Source: Gammaproteobacteria bacterium
Lineage (GTDB): Bacteria > Pseudomonadota > Gammaproteobacteria > Eutrophobiales > Eutrophobiaceae
Direction of reading: 5' to 3'
Assembly (NCBI GenBank): GCA_965198875.1
Contig: CBDAPU010000001.1
Span: 643,146 to 707,145 of the forward strand
Length of the DNA: 64,000 nucleotides
Part shown: positions 40,220 to 50,992 of the stretch, in pieces
Position numbering within the stretch: the first letter of the stretch is position 1
How the letters are laid out: the number at the start of each line of letters is the position of its first letter
Translations under genes and position numbers: made by a program
Notes under the pieces: generated by a model
Database searches by the model: none
What the model was told of the DNA's origin: nothing
What the model saw: the letters and a program-made list of their open reading frames with translations, nothing else

Positions 40220-43200
40220 ATGGGCACAGAAAAAGCAGGGCTAAGGCGGATCCTCATCCTGGATGATGAGGCTGATCTACGCAAACTGCTGCTTGCCTAT
40301 CTGGGCAGGCTGTTCAGTGGTGTTGACCTGGTTGAATATGATCCAATAGCCCTCGATATTCCCGGCAAGGATTTCGCCTGGTCCGAATATGATGTGCTGA
40401 TCCTCGATTATTACCTGCGTGTTGATGGCGTAACCGGCCTCGACCTCATCCATGCCAATCGCAAGAATACGTCTTTCCCCGCCACCATCATGCTCACCGG
40501 TGCGGGCAATGAAGACATCGCCGTGCGCGCCCTGAAAGAAGGCGTCTACGCTTATCTACGCAAGCAGACCCTGGATAAGGAAGCGCTACGCAACGCCATC
40601 CTCAACGCCTATGAAAAACACCGGGCTGCAAAAGAGAAGCTGAGTGCGCGCAGCAATCAACGTCATGCCTTTAACAAGGCGTCGTTTTACAAAGAGCTGG
40701 AGCAAACAGGCGCAACAGATGCAAAGCCGCGGCTGTTTTTACTGATCGAGCTGGATAACCATCAGGCGCTGGAGGAACAACTGGGGGTCATACGGCGCGA
40801 TAATATCGTCCGGCACCTCGCCAAAGAGAGCTTCAATGTTTTCCAGATGGTGGGCTCTCACCCCAGCATCACGCGCTTTAGTGACGTCTCGGTTGCACTG
40901 TTGATCGATGCGCCGGACTCTGAGAAAAAGCTGGGTCTCAGCATGGATGGCATGTGTATGCACCTGAAAAAAAACCCCTGCGAATTTGATGGCAAACCCT
41001 CTGCTTTCACGGTCAGCATGGGCGTCGTACCCCTGGCGGGAAACCGCCGAAATGCCGATCATATCATCAAGCTGGCGCAGCTTGGCATTGAGGATGCCAG
41101 TAAAGTCGAAGGCAATTCCTATTTTATTCATCCTGCCGAGCCCATCGTGCCGGCGCCGCCCAAAGAACAGGCTACCGATCCCATCGTGTCAGCACCGCCC
41201 AAAGAACTCGCTACTGATCCCATCGTGCCGGCACCGCCCAAAGAACTCGCTACTGATCCCAAAGCGCAGACAACAAAACCGGCGGATGTGAAGGTGGAAG
41301 ACATGGCGGTCGAAGAGATTGAGATCCAGGACATTGAAAGACCGCAAAAAGTAGCCTACTTAAAAGCCGCCAGGGAAGCCAGATTAAAGGCCAAAGCCGA
41401 AGCCCGATTAAGGGCGAAGGCAAAGGCCAAATTAAGGGCGGAGGCGAAGGCCAAAGCCGAGGCGAAAGCCCGGGCGGAGGCAGAGAGAAAAGCCGCCCTT
41501 GAGGCCAAAGCCAGAGAAAAAGCCAAAGCCAAAGCGGAGGCCAAATTAAAGGCCGAGGCAGAAGCCCGGGCGGAAGCTGAGGCCCGGGTAGCCGCCGAGG
41601 CGAAATTACGGGCGGAGGCAGAAGCGAAGGCGGAGGCAGAGGCCAAAGCCGCCCTTGAGGCGAAATTACGGGCGGAGGCGGAGGCCAAATTACGGGCCGA
41701 AGCCGAGGCCCGGGCGCAAGCGGCGGCAAAAGCCCGGGCGGAGGCGGAGGCCAAAGCCGCCGCCGAGGCGAAATTAAGGGCGGAAGCCGAGGCCCGGGCA
41801 GAGGCCGAGGCCCGGGCGCAAGCCGAGGCGAAATTAAGGGCGGAGGCCGAAGCCAAGGCAGAGGCGGAAGCCAAAGCCGCCCTTGAGGCGAAATTACGGG
41901 CGGAGGCGGAGGCCAAATTACGGGCCGAAGCCGAGGCCCGGGCGCAAGCGGCGGCAAAAGCCCGTGCGGAGGCCAAAGCCAAAGCCGAAGCGGAGGCGAA
42001 AGCCAGGGCGGAGGCCAAACTAAGGGCGAGGGCAAAGGCTGAGGCCACTGCAAGAGCGGTGAAAGAAGCGAGGTTAAGGGCGGAAGCCGAGGCCCGGGAA
42101 AAAGCCGCCGCCAGGGCGAGAGAAGAGGCCGAGGCCCGGGAACAGGCCGCCGCCGAGGCCAGAGAAAAAGCCGATGAAGAGGCGAAAGCGGCTTTTGAGG
42201 CCAAGGCCAGGGCCGATGAAGAGGCGAAAGCGGCTTTTGAGGCCAAAGCCAGGGCGGATGAAGAGACCAAAGCCGCCGTTGAGGCCAAAGCCGAAGTGCA
42301 GACCGAGACAAGATCGGAAGCAGCGCCGGCCCCCTGGGAAGTCGGCGCTTTCAATGATGAGGCGGAAGAGAGTGCAGAGGAGGGTACAGAGGAAAGAGCG
42401 GGGGAAGCTGTGGCGATAAGAACCACCTCGCCCGATAAAAAAGCCGCCGATCTAAAAGATAATCAGATCTCCCGCACTCAGCGAAAGATCAAAAATGCGT
42501 TTGATGAGAAACGAGTCGTGCCACTGTTCCAGCCCGTCGTCACGTTGACGAATAAAGAAGACGCCGCCAAAGCGATCTACACGGTATCTTTTCAGTTGAT
42601 CGATGCCGATGGCAGTATTATGGATCCAGAGCAGGTCCGCCATGAAACGGACTTTCCCGCATTTCGCCGATTTATTGATCGCTGGATGATAAGAGAGATC
42701 ATGAGCCGCATTGTTGCGAACAAGCACTGTCCATACCTATTTTGGCTGGGATTGAGTGACGCCTCCCTGGCGGACGCCACATTGTTTAACTGGTTGAGAA
42801 AAATACTCACCGGACTTAACTCACGCAACCCGGGGCACTCCCTCGGACTCATTTTACAGGCCAGTGATTTCGCCCGACTACCGAAACAAACCAGTGCGTT
42901 GATCAATTATTTAGGCGGCTCCCACGGTTTTAGTTTTATCCTTTCAGGGTTCACGGGCCCCGATCAGGCCAGGGAGCTGGTGGACATGGAGAACTTTAAC
43001 GCCATTAAAGTGGATTTTGACATGATCCTGGATCAGGTGGAACTTGCGGGCGATGACGATGACGCCGACATCTCCCTGTTTCAGCATGTGCGCTCAAAAG
43101 AGATCAGCATCATCGCCGAGAATATAGAAGACTCAACCACATTGACGAAGGCCATTAGCGCCGGCGCCACCCATGCAATGGGGCTGTTTTTAGGTGAGCC

Positions 43201-43252
43201 CACGGATCAACTCGATGACATAAACAATATCGAGTCCTTTGACATTATCTGA
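40220..43252 (+). CDS. response-regulator receiver protein with degenerate GGDEF-like and EAL-like domains, separated by a ~300-aa Ala/Glu/Lys/Arg-rich low-complexity region
   Basis: REC domain (ILILDDEADLRKLL...DVLILDYYL). The C-terminal region carries FQPVV...DRWM...ENIEDSTTL...GEP, which looks EAL-like but lacks the EAL triad. A central GGDEF-like fold lacks GG(D/E)EF. Confidence 0.7.
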   Translation: MGTEKAGLRRILILDDEADLRKLLLAYLGRLFSGVDLVEYDPIALDIPGKDFAWSEYDVLILDYYLRVDGVTGLDLIHANRKNTSFPATIMLTGAGNEDIAVRALKEGVYAYLRKQTLDKEALRNAILNAYEKHRAAKEKLSARSNQRHAFNKASFYKELEQTGATDAKPRLFLLIELDNHQALEEQLGVIRRDNIVRHLAKESFNVFQMVGSHPSITRFSDVSVALLIDAPDSEKKLGLSMDGMCMHLKKNPCEFDGKPSAFTVSMGVVPLAGNRRNADHIIKLAQLGIEDASKVEGNSYFIHPAEPIVPAPPKEQATDPIVSAPPKELATDPIVPAPPKELATDPKAQTTKPADVKVEDMAVEEIEIQDIERPQKVAYLKAAREARLKAKAEARLRAKAKAKLRAEAKAKAEAKARAEAERKAALEAKAREKAKAKAEAKLKAEAEARAEAEARVAAEAKLRAEAEAKAEAEAKAALEAKLRAEAEAKLRAEAEARAQAAAKARAEAEAKAAAEAKLRAEAEARAEAEARAQAEAKLRAEAEAKAEAEAKAALEAKLRAEAEAKLRAEAEARAQAAAKARAEAKAKAEAEAKARAEAKLRARAKAEATARAVKEARLRAEAEAREKAAARAREEAEAREQAAAEAREKADEEAKAAFEAKARADEEAKAAFEAKARADEETKAAVEAKAEVQTETRSEAAPAPWEVGAFNDEAEESAEEGTEERAGEAVAIRTTSPDKKAADLKDNQISRTQRKIKNAFDEKRVVPLFQPVVTLTNKEDAAKAIYTVSFQLIDADGSIMDPEQVRHETDFPAFRRFIDRWMIREIMSRIVANKHCPYLFWLGLSDASLADATLFNWLRKILTGLNSRNPGHSLGLILQASDFARLPKQTSALINYLGGSHGFSFILSGFTGPDQARELVDMENFNAIKVDFDMILDQVELAGDDDDADISLFQHVRSKEISIIAENIEDSTTLTKAISAGATHAMGLFLGEPTDQLDDINNIESFDII
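41594..42049 (+). repeat. ~228-bp (76-aa) near-perfect tandem duplication inside the EAKAR-type region; three 42-bp PIVPAPPKEQATD repeats also lie at 41141-41266
   Basis: The block AEAKLRAEAEAKAEAEAKAALEAKLRAEAEAKLRAEAEARAQAAAKARAEA occurs twice, encoded by almost identical DNA. Confidence 0.7.
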
Positions 43253-44009
43253 GCCTGAAGGGATCCGTCAGTATCGGGTAACTTGCGCGGTAAGAGGTGA
43301 TACGTGAAGAAAACAGCATTTTAACGACTCGGCGTTCAGGCGGCTATATCGCCCGCTCCGCCTGCCTTGAAAAGGTGTCTCTCGTTGCCCGTGCTTTCAT
43401 GATCACAGCCGATGATAGAGGTAAAACAACAGAGCAGATCGTGGGGGAGAGTACATTCTTATGCCTCTACAACACCGCCACATTTCCTTTATGCTTCAAG
43501 GACACCATCTATCGCCGCTTTATATTTCTACCTGATAACGTAACGATCTCGGCAGTAGCGCCCATTCCATGCACTCAAACAACCCCGGCATCAGTAACGC
43601 CAATAGGGTAGCCGGGATCGCACCTTGCCGGATCACACCAACATCATCTAAACGGCTCCCGGTTAATATCGGCTGATCATACCGAACGGCTGGATGCTAT
43701 CTTGCCTTGTCAGATAATCTGTTTGGTTGTTTTCTTTTAGTTTGTCAGACATCCACACCGCCGTGGCTAATGGTCGCAACTCCACCAGATCAGAGGCGTA
43801 CTTTGCACACATATTCCCGGCCCTGAAAGCGGATCGGGGACTATTGCCGCCGGATGGCCTGGCCGAGTATTGATATTTCCGATAGATGCAGTTGAAAAGG
43901 GTTCGGCGTGTTCGTCTAGCCATTTCCCGACCAGCCAGATTGATGCAGGAAAACCGCGATCCATCGAAAAGGCCAGTGCTCTCCCGGGGCGCCTGCCGAA
44001 AACTGCCGA

Positions 44010-45545
44010 TCAGGTCTCTTCCGCCGGGCTGTCCGCGCCGGCCTGGTTGTATTTTCGGATCTCTCCTGACTTGATGCGTGCCAGATAGTCGTTCATCTCG
44101 CGCTTGACCACCGGCGCCAGCAAATAGAGCGCCAGAATGTTCGGCACACAGATCAGGAAGACAAGGGCGTCCGAAATGTCGAGGATTGGCCCCAGTTGCA
44201 CCATGCATCCCAGCACAACAAAGGCACAGAAAATAACCTTGTAGAGCGCCTGGGAGCCTTCCCCGAAAAGATAGGTCCAGCCCTTCAGGCCATAGTAGGA
44301 CCAGGAAATCATGGTCGAGAAGGCAAAAAGCAGGGCCGCAATCGCCAGGGGAAGCGGGAACCAACTGAACTGGCGTTCAAAGGCTGCGGATGTCATGGCA
44401 ACACCTGTTGCGCCCCCTGCGAAGTTCGGATCGGCAACCTGTGTTGTGCCGATCACAAGTGCTGTGATGGTACAGATGACAATCGTGTCGATAAACGGTT
44501 CCAGCAGGGAAACATAGCCCTCGGTGACCGGCTCGTTGGTTTTCACGGCCGAGTGGGCAATGGCGGCGGAACCGATCCCGGCCTCGTTGGAGAAAACAGC
44601 GCGCTGAAAACCGATGATCAGGGCCCCGAGAGCACCCCCAGTGACACCCTCTGCAGAGAAGGCCCCAACAAAGATGTTGCTGATGGCTTGCGGGATGTAG
44701 GTGGCATTGAGCAGGATCACGATAAGGGCAAAGGTGCAGTAGAGCACCGCCATGAAGGGGACGATTTTCTCCGTGACGGAGGCGATGGACTTGATGCCAC
44801 CCAGGATCACCAGAAAGACCAGCCCGGCAAGGGCCAGACCCACCAGCCAGCCGAGACCATCCAGTGCGCCACCCGCCACCGTGTTGAGCTGAACATAGGC
44901 CTGATTGGACTGGAATATGTTGCCGATACCCAGTGCGCCGATGAAGATACCGATGGCATAGAAGGCGCCCATGAACTTGCCGAGACCTTCGCGGCCCTGT
45001 GCCGCCAGACCGTTTTGCATGTAGTACATCGGGCCGCCGGAGACCGAGCCGTCCGGGTTTTCCTGACGGTATTTGACGCCGAGGGTACACTCGACAAACT
45101 TGGTCGACATGCCCAGGAACCCGGCCAGAATCATCCAGAAGGTTGCACCTGCGCCGCCAACGGTAACCGCAACAGCAACACCACCGATGTTACCGATGCC
45201 GACTGTACCGGAAACCGCCGTTGCGAGGGCCTGGAAATGGGATACTTCACCGGAATCCTTGGGGTTTGCATAGTCACCGCGAACCAGTTCGATGGCATGC
45301 TTGAAGCCACGCAGGTTCACAAACCCCATATAGAGGGTGAAGAAAACGGCACCGACGACCAGCCAGAGAACGACCAGGGGCAGTTGTGCGCCGAAAAGCG
45401 GGACCTTGAAGAAGACAACCTGTCCGATAAAGGAGGCGATGGGGGCTGTCAGTTCGTTGATGGTTTCATCAATCCCGGCTGCATGGGCAGATGGGCTTGA
45501 AAGCCATGCTCCAGGCATAGCCAGCATAGAAGCGATCGTTTTCAC
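44010..45545 (-). CDS. alanine/glycine:cation symporter (AGCS family)
   Basis: Multi-TM protein with the AGCS N-terminal signature (FKVPLFGAQLPLVVLWLVVGAVFFTLYMGFVNLRGFKHAIELVRG). Confidence 0.85.
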   Translation of the reverse strand: MKTIASMLAMPGAWLSSPSAHAAGIDETINELTAPIASFIGQVVFFKVPLFGAQLPLVVLWLVVGAVFFTLYMGFVNLRGFKHAIELVRGDYANPKDSGEVSHFQALATAVSGTVGIGNIGGVAVAVTVGGAGATFWMILAGFLGMSTKFVECTLGVKYRQENPDGSVSGGPMYYMQNGLAAQGREGLGKFMGAFYAIGIFIGALGIGNIFQSNQAYVQLNTVAGGALDGLGWLVGLALAGLVFLVILGGIKSIASVTEKIVPFMAVLYCTFALIVILLNATYIPQAISNIFVGAFSAEGVTGGALGALIIGFQRAVFSNEAGIGSAAIAHSAVKTNEPVTEGYVSLLEPFIDTIVICTITALVIGTTQVADPNFAGGATGVAMTSAAFERQFSWFPLPLAIAALLFAFSTMISWSYYGLKGWTYLFGEGSQALYKVIFCAFVVLGCMVQLGPILDISDALVFLICVPNILALYLLAPVVKREMNDYLARIKSGEIRKYNQAGADSPAEET

Positions 45546-46142
45546 GGAGAATCTCCCTGTCAGGATATCTTTGGATTTATTAGTGTACCCCTTTGCAGAT
45601 CCCCACAGGCCAGATCCTGATCCGGGCCACGCACATTCTGCTGTGACAGTGAATAGAGGCTAAGCAAGCCCGACCAACCATTCCCTCGATTGATAAACCC
45701 ATTGCAAAAACCAACGCGAAGCTCGGGATGCTTGTGCAGATCGGAAATAATTTTCTCTGTTTTGGGCAACACACCCAGAACAGAGGCATGATCAACCCCC
45801 CGCCCTGTTATCGCAAACAGGCTTCTGAACCTCTCAGATCAGCCATATTTCCATCCACCACTGCCTCCTTAAACATTGAGAAAACCGGGGGGTTCATCCA
45901 GCAAACGCAGGCTTGTGCCTGGCCTTCAAACCCGATTATGTTTTCTCTTCACCCCATTAAATAACGCTTGGCAGCACATTGTTTCGCTATATTTTTGCGT
46001 ATCAACATTCAGCTAAAGACATGAACCGGCGGGCGAAAAATAAACTCCATCGCCGAGCGAGGAAATGCCCTGACACAGGGCAGTGATCAGTGGTGTTAAG
46101 GCATGACCCCGGATGTTTCATTGACAGGTTAAAGTCACTGTT

Positions 46143-46772
46143 TCACTGATCGGGGATGATCGCTAGTGCCTTTTGCCATGGATCAGAGCGTAGGAGATCT
46201 GCCGACCAGCGTGCAATCTCGCCGTAGTCGCCCACCGGGATCTGTGCATCTTTCGCATGCACCAGCCAGGAGACGATGCCGTGATCGGCGACTGTAGGCC
46301 TATCCCCGATCAGGGTATCGCGCCCCTTGAGATGATCGTTGAGCACCGCCGCAAACTGGCCAAACTGCTCTTTCCCCTTTTCAAGGGCGGCCGCATCAGG
46401 CTCTCCCATAGCAAACATTCTCTTCACCAGGTTCTCAAAGGTAAAAATAGCGCAGGCAGGGCCCCAGTGGGCGCTATTCCAAAACAGCCATTGCGCGCAC
46501 AGGGCACGTTCCCTCTCATCCCCGGGGAGCAAACCGCTATCTGGTTTTTTAGCGGCCAGATACAACATGATGGCGGCCGACTCCCACAAGATAAAATCAC
46601 CATCCATTAAAACCGGTATCTTGTGGTTGGGATTAAGAGCGATAAACTCATCCCTCATTTGCTCGCCGGCATGAAGGTCGATGCTGATCAGTTCCAGATC
46701 AATACCGGCCTGATCAGCCACCGCCTGACAACGCAACGAATTGGGGGACGGGGGGAACACATATAATTTCAT
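46143..46772 (-). CDS. glutathione S-transferase
   Basis: N-terminal thioredoxin-like GST domain (LYVFPPSPNSLRCQAV...IPVL) and a C-terminal helical domain. Confidence 0.75.
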   Translation of the reverse strand: MKLYVFPPSPNSLRCQAVADQAGIDLELISIDLHAGEQMRDEFIALNPNHKIPVLMDGDFILWESAAIMLYLAAKKPDSGLLPGDERERALCAQWLFWNSAHWGPACAIFTFENLVKRMFAMGEPDAAALEKGKEQFGQFAAVLNDHLKGRDTLIGDRPTVADHGIVSWLVHAKDAQIPVGDYGEIARWSADLLRSDPWQKALAIIPDQ

Positions 46773-46925
46773 TATCTACTGCCTCCTTAATGGTTGATTG
46801 TTATAGCACACCTTAACGTATTTTAAGGTGTTGTTGTATCAATGCTATGTGAGCTCAACATTAAAATGAGGACAGCTCATCTCAAGTTAAGTCATAACAG
46901 ACGGAGAAGAACCAGTTTGAGATGA

Positions 46926-47573
46926 TCAGTCCACGTGATCGCCCACGAAGGGATTGGTCTTCCTCTCATGAGCGAAGGTGGACGCCGGGCCATGCCCGGG
47001 CACAAACCTGACGTCATCACCCAACGGCCAGAGCCGGTTGCGAATGGAATGCACTAGTGTGGCGTGATCGCCGAGGGGAAAATCGGTGCGCCCTATTGAA
47101 CCCTGAAACAGCACGTCACCCACGATCGCAATAGCGGATTCGGCGTCAAAAAAGATCACATGGCCTGGTGTGTGCCCGGGACAATGTCGCACGGTAAGCC
47201 TGATATTACCCACGGTGACGACATCCTCATCCTTGAGCCATCTGTCAGGTGAAAACGGACTTGAGTTCGGCATACCAAACAGGTCGCCCTGCTCGGTGAG
47301 CCTGTCTATCCAGAACTGATCGTCTCTATGGGGCCCCTCAACGGGCAGTCCCGTTTGTCTCGCCAGATCATCAACACCACCTGCATGGTCGATATGGGCA
47401 TGGGTCACCAGTATTTTCTCAAGGCTCACGCCCAGGGCGTCAACCTCGTTCATGAGCCGTTCCAGCTCGCCGCCGGGGTCCACAATAGCCGCCCTGTTGG
47501 TCCGCTCACATTGAAGAATAGAGGCGTTCTGCTGGAAGGGCGTGACCGGGATAGTGGTGACTTTCATGCTCAT
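46926..47573 (-). CDS. MBL-fold metallo-hydrolase (glyoxalase II-like)
   Basis: THAHIDHAGG metal-binding motif. Confidence 0.75.
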   Translation of the reverse strand: MSMKVTTIPVTPFQQNASILQCERTNRAAIVDPGGELERLMNEVDALGVSLEKILVTHAHIDHAGGVDDLARQTGLPVEGPHRDDQFWIDRLTEQGDLFGMPNSSPFSPDRWLKDEDVVTVGNIRLTVRHCPGHTPGHVIFFDAESAIAIVGDVLFQGSIGRTDFPLGDHATLVHSIRNRLWPLGDDVRFVPGHGPASTFAHERKTNPFVGDHVD

Positions 47574-47958
47574 TTTATTTGCCGTGATGTGATAACGTGG
47601 TTTTTCCTGCTCAGCGCTTCCTGGCCGTGGTTCGGATCACCGCCTCTTCAAGGCAGGGCGTTGTAGGTGTGAGATCGCTAAAAACACCCATGGGCTTGCC
47701 AGCCCCCATGCAGTTAGCCGATTACGCATTCTCTCCTGTTGCGCCCGATCAAAACTTGCCGCAACAATACCGCTTTCAGTCAATTGTTTTAACGGCGACT
47801 TTGCCCATTGCCTGTTTGCGCCAACAGGGCTGATCGCTATGCTCCTCTGGCGGCTATATCAATGAGCGATTATCATAACAAACTTGGGGGCGCATCTGAA
47901 CATATCCTGATATTGCACCCATTATCTCAGGATTAACGGGCAAGATAGAAAATAAAGC

Positions 47959-48666
47959 ATGAAGTTCGAGCAACCATTGATCCCGGGCACATTGATCAAA
48001 CGTTATCAACGCTTCCTCGTTGATGTTGAGCTCGATGACGGGAAAATGATCACCGCCCATACGCCCAATACCGGCTCTATGAAAGGTTGCTGTGAACCGG
48101 GGAGTCGGATCTGGCTATCGGCTTCGGCCAACCCCAAGCGCAAATACCCTCTTAGCTGGGAATTGATTGAAGTCTCACCCGGTGTGCTCACCGGGATCAA
48201 CACCGGGCTACCCAATACATTGATCAGGGAAGGCATTGAGTCCGGGATCATCCGGCCATTACAGGGTTATGAAACCATTCGTCAAGAAGTCCGCTACGGC
48301 AAGGAGAGGAGCCGTATTGATTTGTTGTTGGAAGATAAGCACAAACCGGCCTGTTATGTGGAGATCAAAAACGTCACCCTGGCCGAGCAGGGGATCGGTT
48401 ATTTTCCCGATGCCGTAAGTGAACGTGGCCGCAAACACCTAAGGGAATTACGTGCGGTCGTCGCTACAGGATATCGGGGCGTGATCTGTTTTTGTGTGCA
48501 GCGTGAAGATGTAGAAGAGTTCCGCCCCGCCGATGACATTGACGGGAAATACGGCGAGACCTTGAGAGAGGTGTTAGCTAACGGGGTAGAGGCCATCGCT
48601 TACCGGGCCGAGGTCTCTGAAGAAGCGGTGATGATCAAGACCAGCTTACCGGTGGTTTGCCCATAG
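47959..48666 (+). CDS. sfsA: sugar fermentation stimulation protein SfsA
   Basis: GTLIKRYQRFLVDVELDDGKMITAHTPNTGSM is typical of SfsA. Confidence 0.8.
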   Translation: MKFEQPLIPGTLIKRYQRFLVDVELDDGKMITAHTPNTGSMKGCCEPGSRIWLSASANPKRKYPLSWELIEVSPGVLTGINTGLPNTLIREGIESGIIRPLQGYETIRQEVRYGKERSRIDLLLEDKHKPACYVEIKNVTLAEQGIGYFPDAVSERGRKHLRELRAVVATGYRGVICFCVQREDVEEFRPADDIDGKYGETLREVLANGVEAIAYRAEVSEEAVMIKTSLPVVCP

Positions 48667-48714
48667 TATGGGCGAAGTGGACCCAGTGAGAGGCGTCACG
48701 CACTTTTCAGTGAA

Positions 48715-50508
48715 CTACACTCTGACTTTGACATAGGAGCCCGGGGCGTCTTCTATGACGGCCTGCCCATGATCACCGGGCCACCGTGCCGTCACCTGCT
48801 CGCCGGCATAGGGCTCCAGCCATTCCTGCCAGTCGGGCCACCAGGAACCTTCATGACTTTCGCACTGCTCGCGCCATTCACCGGCAGAGAGATGCGCTAT
48901 ATCCGGCCCGGTAAAATAACCGTATTTACTGGATTGCGGTGAATTGATAATACCGGCGATGTGTCCGGATCTGCCCAGCACAAACCTCACCGGAGCGCAC
49001 AGCAGTCGGGCGCCCAGATACGTGCTCTCCCAGGGCGCAATATGATCATCTTCCGTGGAGATAAAATAGGCGGGCGTTCGGATAGTGGACACATCAATGG
49101 GCACGCCATTCACCACCAACCCACCCGGTTCCTTAAACGTATTTTGCAGATACATGGTGCGTAAATACGTGCTGTGCATTTTTGCCGGCATGCGGGTTGC
49201 ATCGGCATTCCAGTACAACAGGTCAAAGGCAAAGGGTTCTTTGCCTAATAAATAGTTATGTACATAAAAAGACCAGATCAAATCGTTGGCGCGCAGCATA
49301 TTAAACGTGGCCGCCATCTCCTTGCCATCATGATAGCCCTTATCGCTCATGTCTTTTTCGAGCTTCTCCAGTTGTTGCTCATCAATAAAGACGCCCAGAT
49401 CGCCCGGGATAGAGAAATCGATTAGTGAAACAAAAAAAGTGGCCGATGCAATACGCGCATCGCCCATCTCCTGCATGTACGCCAAAGTGGCGGCCAGTAA
49501 CGTACCGCCAATGCAGTAACCCACGATGTTCATTTTGTCCTCACCCGTGGCGGCCTCTACCACATCAATAGCCGCCAGCGCACCTTCCGTCACATAATGT
49601 TCAAAATCCTTATGGGCAAGCCGCTCATCCGGGTTCACCCAGGAGATCACGAAAACAGTGTGGCCCTGATCCACCAGCCATTTGATCAGCGAGTTTTTCG
49701 GTTGCAGATCGAGGATGTAGTATTTATTGATCCAGGGCGGCATGATGAGTACCGGTCGCCTGAACACACCCTCTGTGGATGGCGCATATTGAATCAGTTG
49801 CAGCAAGTCATTCTGGAATATGACTTTACCCACACTCACCGCAATATTTTTCCCTAGCTGAAATGCCTCGGGATCGGTCATGGTGATCCGTAATTGGCCG
49901 GATTCGGCGTCAAAATCGTGGATGAAATTTTGCAGGCCCTGCAACAGGTTCTCGCCGTTGGAGTCCAGTGTCGCACCTAATATCTCCGGGTTAGTCAGCA
50001 AAAAGTTCGAAGGCGACATGGCGTCAACGAATTGCCGGGTATAAAACTGCGCCTTCTTGGCGGACTGCTGATCCAGCGCCTCGGCCTCAGCGACAACAGA
50101 CTGAATACTGCTGGCGGTGAGCAGATAGGATTGTTTGATAAAATTAAAAAACGGATTGCTATCCCAACCCTCATGTTGAAAACGGCGATCACCTTTGAGC
50201 GGTTTTATGTCATCGTTGACCTGCTCCCCCAGCATTTTCCTGGTCGTGTTAAGCCAAAGGTTGGTGTAGACGCCCCAGGCCTGCATCTGTGCCGCTATGA
50301 GTTTTTCCGGGTTTCGCATTAACGATCCCGTCAGTTGCAGAAAGGACTCACCGACACCCAAAGGATCGAGCTGCTGTTGTCTGCCTTCATCTTGTTGCGA
50401 CAGGAAGCCCGCCAGCAAGTCATGGTACTGACCGGCAATATGAGTGATCACCTCGGTCATTTTCTCAGGGCTGAATGCCTGCTCTTTATTGTGCTCCGAA
50501 TTGCTCAA
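48715..50508 (-). CDS. phaC: class I poly(3-hydroxyalkanoate) synthase
   Basis: Lipase box GYCIGG and about 600 aa with PhaC-wide similarity. Confidence 0.9.
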   Translation of the reverse strand: MSNSEHNKEQAFSPEKMTEVITHIAGQYHDLLAGFLSQQDEGRQQQLDPLGVGESFLQLTGSLMRNPEKLIAAQMQAWGVYTNLWLNTTRKMLGEQVNDDIKPLKGDRRFQHEGWDSNPFFNFIKQSYLLTASSIQSVVAEAEALDQQSAKKAQFYTRQFVDAMSPSNFLLTNPEILGATLDSNGENLLQGLQNFIHDFDAESGQLRITMTDPEAFQLGKNIAVSVGKVIFQNDLLQLIQYAPSTEGVFRRPVLIMPPWINKYYILDLQPKNSLIKWLVDQGHTVFVISWVNPDERLAHKDFEHYVTEGALAAIDVVEAATGEDKMNIVGYCIGGTLLAATLAYMQEMGDARIASATFFVSLIDFSIPGDLGVFIDEQQLEKLEKDMSDKGYHDGKEMAATFNMLRANDLIWSFYVHNYLLGKEPFAFDLLYWNADATRMPAKMHSTYLRTMYLQNTFKEPGGLVVNGVPIDVSTIRTPAYFISTEDDHIAPWESTYLGARLLCAPVRFVLGRSGHIAGIINSPQSSKYGYFTGPDIAHLSAGEWREQCESHEGSWWPDWQEWLEPYAGEQVTARWPGDHGQAVIEDAPGSYVKVRV

Positions 50509-50992
50509 AAATGGACTCCGTCTATGTGTGCGCTATGGTTGATAGATTTTGTGCAATGCAACATAACGGCAAACGATTGATTTGTCAAAAATTGTATAAG
50601 CACTTCACCTCTTACTCTTTTGATTTGGCGATGCTACCTTATCAGAATCTATAATGTGTTATCGGACAAAGTGCCCCCTGACGCTCGGTCAGGTTCATTA
50701 GAGTCATACCTTAATGAGAGGTGAATTATGGAAGTAAAGGCTTGCCGTGTTTCAAAAAAATCCGATGAGAAATCATTTTGCTCGCCCTCGGAAGGCTATG
50801 GACGAACGGTTACAGTGGACATAAAAAACTATACGCCAATAATTAAAAATTATGGAACTCTTGAAGAGTCTGATCAGCAATTCCCTTTGGGAGCACCCAT
50901 CGACTGTTATGTCTTTTACGAAGGTTCATTATATGAGCTTAAATGAATCTCAAATGCCGAAATGATGTACTCACTTAGCCAATAAAGTTTTT

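Noticed and set aside
41250-42426. Long minus-strand ORFs (353 aa and 356 aa) rich in Pro/Leu/Trp or Ala/Ser, antisense to the EAKAR repeat region
   Set aside because: These are artefacts of a GC-rich repetitive coding region. The sense-strand REC-GGDEF-EAL gene explains the region.
43297-44364. ORFs 43297..43611 (+) and 43663..44364 (-) between the signalling protein gene and the AGCS gene
   Set aside because: No recognisable motifs. The second is largely an out-of-frame overlap with the transporter gene 3' end. Treated as a non-coding convergent intergenic region.
44196-45500. 434-aa plus-strand ORF and several 100-240-aa ORFs overlapping the AGCS transporter gene
   Set aside because: They are antisense or out-of-frame to a well-supported transporter CDS. 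Their composition (Gly/Arg/Cys-rich) is typical of spurious ORFs in GC-rich DNA.
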